Shown here: positions 59,801 through 64,000 of the stretch, in pieces | Numbering within the stretch: the stretch's first letter is position 1 | Layout: each line of letters starts with the position of its first letter | From: Pontiella sp. | GTDB lineage: Bacteria; Verrucomicrobiota; Kiritimatiellia; Kiritimatiellales; Pontiellaceae | Direction: 5' to 3' | DNA length: 64,000 bases | Assembly (NCBI GenBank): GCA_050290185.1 | Contig: JBNKHE010000001.1 | Location: 258,713-322,712 of the forward strand | Position numbers and translations under genes: made by a program | Notes under the pieces: generated by a model | What the model saw: only the letters and a program-made list of their open reading frames with translations | Told to the model about the DNA's origin: nothing | Database searches by the model: none

Positions 59801-62800
59801 CGTTGCCCTGCAGGTCATAGTCGGAGGTGGTAACGTAGGTTTTCAGGACACCGTTTTCCCGGTTGATTTGCTCCGCGCGAACCGCACGGCCCAATCCATC
59901 GGTAAATCCACAGCCCGGGGTGTCGTAATGGGCGGAGGATGGATCCAGATCCTCGGCATCATACGCGATGGTTTCGAAGGGCAGATAAACCATCCGGCCT
60001 TCGGTACGCTTTGCACCATCCTTATCGGTCTCCGGCGGATTGACTGTGCGGATGGAACGCCCAGCCCCGTCGTAGAAATTTTCAACATGCTCCACGTCCA
60101 GCGGCGGAACCTGGAATTCCAACTGACTGGTGGTAAACGGCAGATAGGCCGACCGAACGCTGCCCCGGCTGGTATAGCGTTGCACTCCTTTGCAGATCCA
60201 ACTTCCAGGGGCCTCGCCCTCTTCAATGGTTCCCAGGGCGTGCCCGGCTCCGTCGGAGTAGGTATAGAGATCAAAGGTTTTTCCGGTTCCGCTCTCTTCG
60301 CGGGTACGGGAGGCCACCTGGCTTACGATCACCCGGCCATCAGTCACGTTTTGCAGGGTAAGATCGCCGTTTGCCGCATAGTTGTAATAGAGCTTGCGGA
60401 AGGGGTCGGCGGGGCGATAGCTGTATTCGGACGAAGGATAGGCGATGGAATCCCCCGGCCGGACGACGCTGACGGGGCGGTAGAAGCTGTCATACTGATA
60501 GGTGGTGGGATTCCCGTTATAGTCGACCGAAAGCTTAATGACACCGGCACCGTAATCATACATGGCAGCGGTTCCGATGGTTTTGGTGTCGCTGATGATG
60601 ATGTGCTCGGCGGTCATGTAGGTATGGAAGACCGGGTCGTAAAAGAACTGCGTCTCATGGCCTTCGTTGGTCTCCGACCATTCGGCATCGCGCACCGCCG
60701 CCAGGTTTCCATATTCATCGTAACGGTTCCGAATCGTAGTGATGACGGTGTTGGCCGGAAGGCGCGGGTCACCCGGCAGCTTGCTGAACTGATCCAGGCC
60801 CGGCACGGGATCCGGACCGTTGACGTTCGCGGTGTTGCGCATCAACAGTCCTTTGCTGCCAACATGGCCGAACGAAAGCCCCTGGAAGTCGTCGCCGTCA
60901 TAGTAGTTTTTTGATTCAGCTACGAAGGCGCCGTGTTCATCCTGAACCAGGGAGCGAGTCGGCAATCCGATGATCCATTCGTCCAGGTTGAAGCCGTATT
61001 CCATGAAGGAAAAGCGTTCGTCGTCGAAGGTGGATCCGGGGGTCACATCGCCGTATTCCCGTGTCCGCAGGGTGTTGCCATAATAATCCACATCGGTTTC
61101 GGTGCGGGTGATTTTCGGGGCGCGCACCGGGATCAGCGGATCCAAACCGGCCTGCGCACCGTTGGCCTCGAAAATCGAGGTACTTGTCGCGCCGGCATAG
61201 GCAAAGTTAACTTTCTTACCGTCCAAGGTTTTGACGAACGGCAGGGAAAGCTCGGGCTTTGTGACGTTAAAGGCGTCCACATAGGTAAAGCCGCCATCCG
61301 CATCGTGCACGGTTTTGAGGTTCCAAGTGCTGGAGGAACGGCTGAAGACCACGGCATCATCGGCCGGAAAGCCGTTCGGCTGACCTTCATCCGACTCATC
61401 GACCAAGCCGTCGCCATCATTATCGATACCGTCGAAATCCTTGGTTAAAAGGGTGGTCTCGGTCCAAAGCACCACCCCTTTCAGGCACTCTTCCTCATAA
61501 CCGGAGATGGGATCGAACTCATCATATTTTCCATCATGGTCATTATCCAGGTTATCCGGCACCCCGGTATGGAACGCCATGCGGGAGATGGTTGATGGGG
61601 CATTTACCTCGGTTTCGACCGCGGTTCCCTTATAGCGGTCATCGCCCCGTTGCACGGTCTTGGCAAAGGCGAATCCGCGGAACTCTTTTTCGAAGGTGTC
61701 GTAGTAGCCGTCATAATAGGCGTTTTCTGTGATGTAGGAATCGGTTCCCGGCACGGCATCGAGATCCAGCCCAAAGCTCTGGGTGGTTTTTGCAACCACT
61801 GTCGAAACAAACGGCAGGCGCGTATTCCACGGGGTTCCACCCTTTTTCGCCTTCAGATAAAAGTCGGTCGTGGTCTTATATTCAATCTCGGTGCGCAGGC
61901 CGATGCCGTTGTCGATGACCGCCATCAGGTTGGGTTTTACCCCGCCCATCAGGTCCACATAGTCGATCCGATACCCGCCGACGGAGGAATCCCAGTTTTC
62001 CCATAGAAAATCACTGGAACCGTTGCCATTGATATCGGCCATCCGCAATGCCGTCTGCCCCACGATATACTCCGGCGTATTTTCCACCACGAATTGCCGG
62101 GAGAAGCTGTTGTCGCCCTGGTTAATCCAATATTCGAGGTGGTCGTAGGCCACGGCCAGCACATCGGCGAGGCCGTCGCCATTGATATCGATAACCCTTG
62201 CATCCGATGCAGGAATCGCACCCAGATCGATATCAGAATTTATTTCGATGCGGCTACCCCAGGCTCCCCGCCCCAGATTGGGCCAGAAACTAAACGACAG
62301 ATTCCCAAGAAAATCGGTCATGCGCACCAGATCCGGCAGGCCGTCGCCATTCATATCCGCCAGCTTGACAAACGGGTTGGGCGCGCCATCCCCGTCGGTG
62401 AAGAGCAGATCGTCCGCATAGGTGATGTCGCCCAACTGCGGTTCGCCGAACAGATAGAGTCCATCCTCTTCCCAACCTGACGGATAGTTGTAGTAATAGA
62501 TGAATCCGTCGGGGGTCGTACGCATATAGTCGATCCGTCTATCGCCGTTCAGATCCAGCGAGCGCACATTGGGATCGGACAGGTCAAACGGAAGATGCGG
62601 CGTCGGCATCTCCTGTTCCCTGCCCCAGGCCGGATGGGACTCATCGTTCCCGCTAGGGGGCACGGTGCTGGCATAATAGACAAAGTGATCATATGCCCCG
62701 CCCGCCTTCTGGAGCAGGTCGATGCGGCTGTCGCCATCGAGATCCATCAACTGCACCCCCGGCTGGTCCAATGTGACTCCGGTGGGATAGTCCACAAAGG

Positions 62801-63977
62801 AGACGGGGTCTCCGAAGCGACAGTCACCTTCGTTGTAATAGACGGAATGTTCCCCCGAATACGGGTCGGTATAAAACAGATCCGGCAGCGCATCGCAGTT
62901 GATATCAACCAAGGCGATATTCGGATCGGCCAGCGAATACACGGGATTCCCGGAGACGGTTCCCCGAATGCGTTGCGCGGCATCAAACCGGGTATAGCCA
63001 AACCGTAGTGGAGGGAGATAGGAGGCCGACTTGCCCGTACGGTTATCGTATTGAGTCACCTTACGCAGCAGGGAAAAGTTGAGTCCGGCATCGTTGGGGG
63101 CAATCATTTCCACCGGATCGGAGGACGGCAGCTCATACTCCAACACATAGCGCCGAACCAGTTGGCCGCGCGATTCTACGCGAATCTGGCTGCACCTGCG
63201 CCCGGTCTTCACTTCAAAGCCGCTCAGGCAGGAGCTGAAAACATCCGAACGAACCTCATAATCAAAGATGATCGAATGATAGTTCAACCCGGAGATGCTG
63301 TAGCGGATCTCGCGACAATATTTTTTCCCGGGGGAATCGGAAAACGATGTGTAATGATATTCGATCCGGTTGCCGTGCACATCCTCCACCTCTTCCAGAT
63401 ACCAAGCGTAGGTATCGTAGGCCGAGGTGCCGGATGGACGATGCACGCGGGAAGCCGCTGTCGTTCCCAAACGGTAAACGGTTCCGTTGGGGGCCTGAAC
63501 CTCCCAGCCGCTGTCCTTTCGGGAAAAGCGCATAAAACCCGACGCATTTTCGACCCGGTACGATCCATCGCTGAGCCGCACCAACTCCTCCCCCTGGAAT
63601 ACATAGGTATCGGAATCGCTATAGGTCGGCAGCCCTTTTGCAACCTGCCGCCGAATACTTATCGGCTCATAGTTCCACGAAAGGCCAAAAGGAGAATTCC
63701 CGCCGCCGGAGTTGTAGCTGATCGCCACCGAGGGCGCGAGACCGGCCACGCCCGGCGGAGCTGCAATCGACACACTGTAGCTCGCCGTTCCGCTGTTCAA
63801 CTGCGGTTCAAAGGCCGAACCCAATCCTTCAATGGACCCCGGCCCGGAGGGCAGGGAAATCCTGGAAGCCCCAAGTCCGGTTTTTCCTTCGGCATATGCG
63901 GATGAACTCGTCACAGCCAGCCACAGCAAACACGAAAGACCGACAAAACAGATTCCCCGCATTTTCCTATTAAACAC
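56847..63977 (-). CDS. SpvB/TcdB-type RHS (YD-repeat) polymorphic toxin with signal peptide
   Basis: SpvB-like N-terminus (ISYNSGGGNSPFGLSW), FG-GAP-like DINGDGLAD repeats, EFRGF, YD repeats, DHLGS, and core end RFISTDP...NPFIYTDPTGL followed by a 247-aa tip. Start is GTG 63977 or ATG 63962; the frame stays open to the window edge. Confidence 0.9.
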   Translation of the reverse strand: MFNRKMRGICFVGLSCLLWLAVTSSSAYAEGKTGLGASRISLPSGPGSIEGLGSAFEPQLNSGTASYSVSIAAPPGVAGLAPSVAISYNSGGGNSPFGLSWNYEPISIRRQVAKGLPTYSDSDTYVFQGEELVRLSDGSYRVENASGFMRFSRKDSGWEVQAPNGTVYRLGTTAASRVHRPSGTSAYDTYAWYLEEVEDVHGNRIEYHYTSFSDSPGKKYCREIRYSISGLNYHSIIFDYEVRSDVFSSCLSGFEVKTGRRCSQIRVESRGQLVRRYVLEYELPSSDPVEMIAPNDAGLNFSLLRKVTQYDNRTGKSASYLPPLRFGYTRFDAAQRIRGTVSGNPVYSLADPNIALVDINCDALPDLFYTDPYSGEHSVYYNEGDCRFGDPVSFVDYPTGVTLDQPGVQLMDLDGDSRIDLLQKAGGAYDHFVYYASTVPPSGNDESHPAWGREQEMPTPHLPFDLSDPNVRSLDLNGDRRIDYMRTTPDGFIYYYNYPSGWEEDGLYLFGEPQLGDITYADDLLFTDGDGAPNPFVKLADMNGDGLPDLVRMTDFLGNLSFSFWPNLGRGAWGSRIEINSDIDLGAIPASDARVIDINGDGLADVLAVAYDHLEYWINQGDNSFSRQFVVENTPEYIVGQTALRMADINGNGSSDFLWENWDSSVGGYRIDYVDLMGGVKPNLMAVIDNGIGLRTEIEYKTTTDFYLKAKKGGTPWNTRLPFVSTVVAKTTQSFGLDLDAVPGTDSYITENAYYDGYYDTFEKEFRGFAFAKTVQRGDDRYKGTAVETEVNAPSTISRMAFHTGVPDNLDNDHDGKYDEFDPISGYEEECLKGVVLWTETTLLTKDFDGIDNDGDGLVDESDEGQPNGFPADDAVVFSRSSSTWNLKTVHDADGGFTYVDAFNVTKPELSLPFVKTLDGKKVNFAYAGATSTSIFEANGAQAGLDPLIPVRAPKITRTETDVDYYGNTLRTREYGDVTPGSTFDDERFSFMEYGFNLDEWIIGLPTRSLVQDEHGAFVAESKNYYDGDDFQGLSFGHVGSKGLLMRNTANVNGPDPVPGLDQFSKLPGDPRLPANTVITTIRNRYDEYGNLAAVRDAEWSETNEGHETQFFYDPVFHTYMTAEHIIISDTKTIGTAAMYDYGAGVIKLSVDYNGNPTTYQYDSFYRPVSVVRPGDSIAYPSSEYSYRPADPFRKLYYNYAANGDLTLQNVTDGRVIVSQVASRTREESGTGKTFDLYTYSDGAGHALGTIEEGEAPGSWICKGVQRYTSRGSVRSAYLPFTTSQLEFQVPPLDVEHVENFYDGAGRSIRTVNPPETDKDGAKRTEGRMVYLPFETIAYDAEDLDPSSAHYDTPGCGFTDGLGRAVRAEQINRENGVLKTYVTTSDYDLQGNVVRATDAKQNYVTMRYDGLGRKIATNDPDRGASRSSYDRVGNVVQSMDNKQQITYMGYDGANRIETVDYHDSKGLSPDVVYHYDQPSVDYPSFGNLVGQLSFVEDATGAEFNSFDARGRLIHNVKRIIDPVRGQPVDYASSFDFDAMDRVKSRTFPDGDRIEYTYNQRSLLQLIPGLVDNISYIETDQYKTFTYANGVTTTYSYDPRQRLKELHTVGSAGSSGLDLVHYSYTFDGVSNIRAINDLRPTAQIPVGTDRTSRHNTQLLTYDDLYRLTNYTLTDPGYSVNLAQLGYVFDSIGNMAYKSSPVAGQPGHIEHDERGRTLVNMGYMASGGAVGTEGRGPRAPDDAPGPHALTATSDGRQIFYDDNGNMTDLEGMTLAWDFADRLTSVENDAMRADFGYDYSGRRVTKQVTAKDGTATNSLTIYVDKGFEIRNYNVPTKYAFASSRVARFTRMLDTDAERTQWLRINEGWNLIGLYVDPVGETAASLFGLGDWSLSVSQYDAATDTYISLDPGDPILPNVPYMVHASEQRIVTATGTNVQPMIQDIPAGEPLVAWGRSVDPVKLLKDKELNEVWKLADNTTNVQWDIWYADTNAPFSVQIGTMPPEGVNVVKLGTAATLNFELLKTDDIRYYVGDHLGSAGCITDRDGNLIEETVYYPFGSPRHVYAPNGRIADYGYTQKEQDFETGLFYFEARYMVSHLGRFISTDPSGWVDGPNVYAYVRGNPFIYTDPTGLETVFERIRQQGLGTVLSENFSSIGEKFKRPRYRVVNPPNHGPGMGRKVYAYALRAIGAPKVNSLFDERDMDEFGYMDNDSYNNKSERMHNVAWGSGQYVFSLGEATTWPMMFARSTDLSPMMATERRNFLCGSTPMRLDGNRFLYRYHGRYNKLGRNYTYVTDVLYHTEDELRTGAAVLSEWGTTIDSVTVLRPKRNTWMRYGKASSQSGRFSDEFRVGGDYQGLIRSSDIKESEIIRTVPAPWLNE

Positions 63978-64000
63978 AGAGGCACAGCGACGCGGAGCAT

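Noticed and set aside
61387..62350. DxNGDG repeats in the RHS protein as dockerin
   Set aside because: Context fits FG-GAP/integrin-like and acidic metal-binding loops, not a duplicated dockerin.

Overview
GC-rich bacterial DNA, probably from the PVC superphylum (Kiritimatiellota/Verrucomicrobiota-like). That placement is inferred from the TLQPTALVHEA-type ECF sigma factor next to a Ser/Thr kinase and from C-terminal 'FYRL/YFKL' Ig-like tails. Bases ~120-54,750 form a 24-gene hemicellulose locus for highly decorated (arabino)xylan: 2x GH31, GH2, GH3, GH27, GH95, 2x GH5_34-like, GH5_21-like, GH30_8-like, six GH43 domains, seven esterase domains, and an embedded ECF sigma/kinase pair. No transporter is present. 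The main observations are: (1) five large modular enzymes all carry a CBM62-like module and end in a 70-85 aa C-terminal domain (four near-identical, ending RYFKLD[VI][QD]RQ; one ending VFYRLVK), which lies at the protein end where the clostridial GH5_34 homologue has a dockerin and is a candidate export/anchoring signal; (2) tail-bearing enzymes look lysine-depleted compared with their tail-less paralogues; (3) an exact-spacing motif TGGCCG-N15-GGCGCCT precedes three transcription units and is a candidate promoter for the local ECF sigma. The right end holds a DDE insertion sequence with 16-bp inverted repeats, a structured repeat region beside it, and a signal-peptide-bearing SpvB/RHS polymorphic toxin with an AT-rich tip and a small candidate immunity gene. 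Family and subfamily calls come from recognised motifs and recalled homologues, not from database searches. Internal domain coordinates are approximate.
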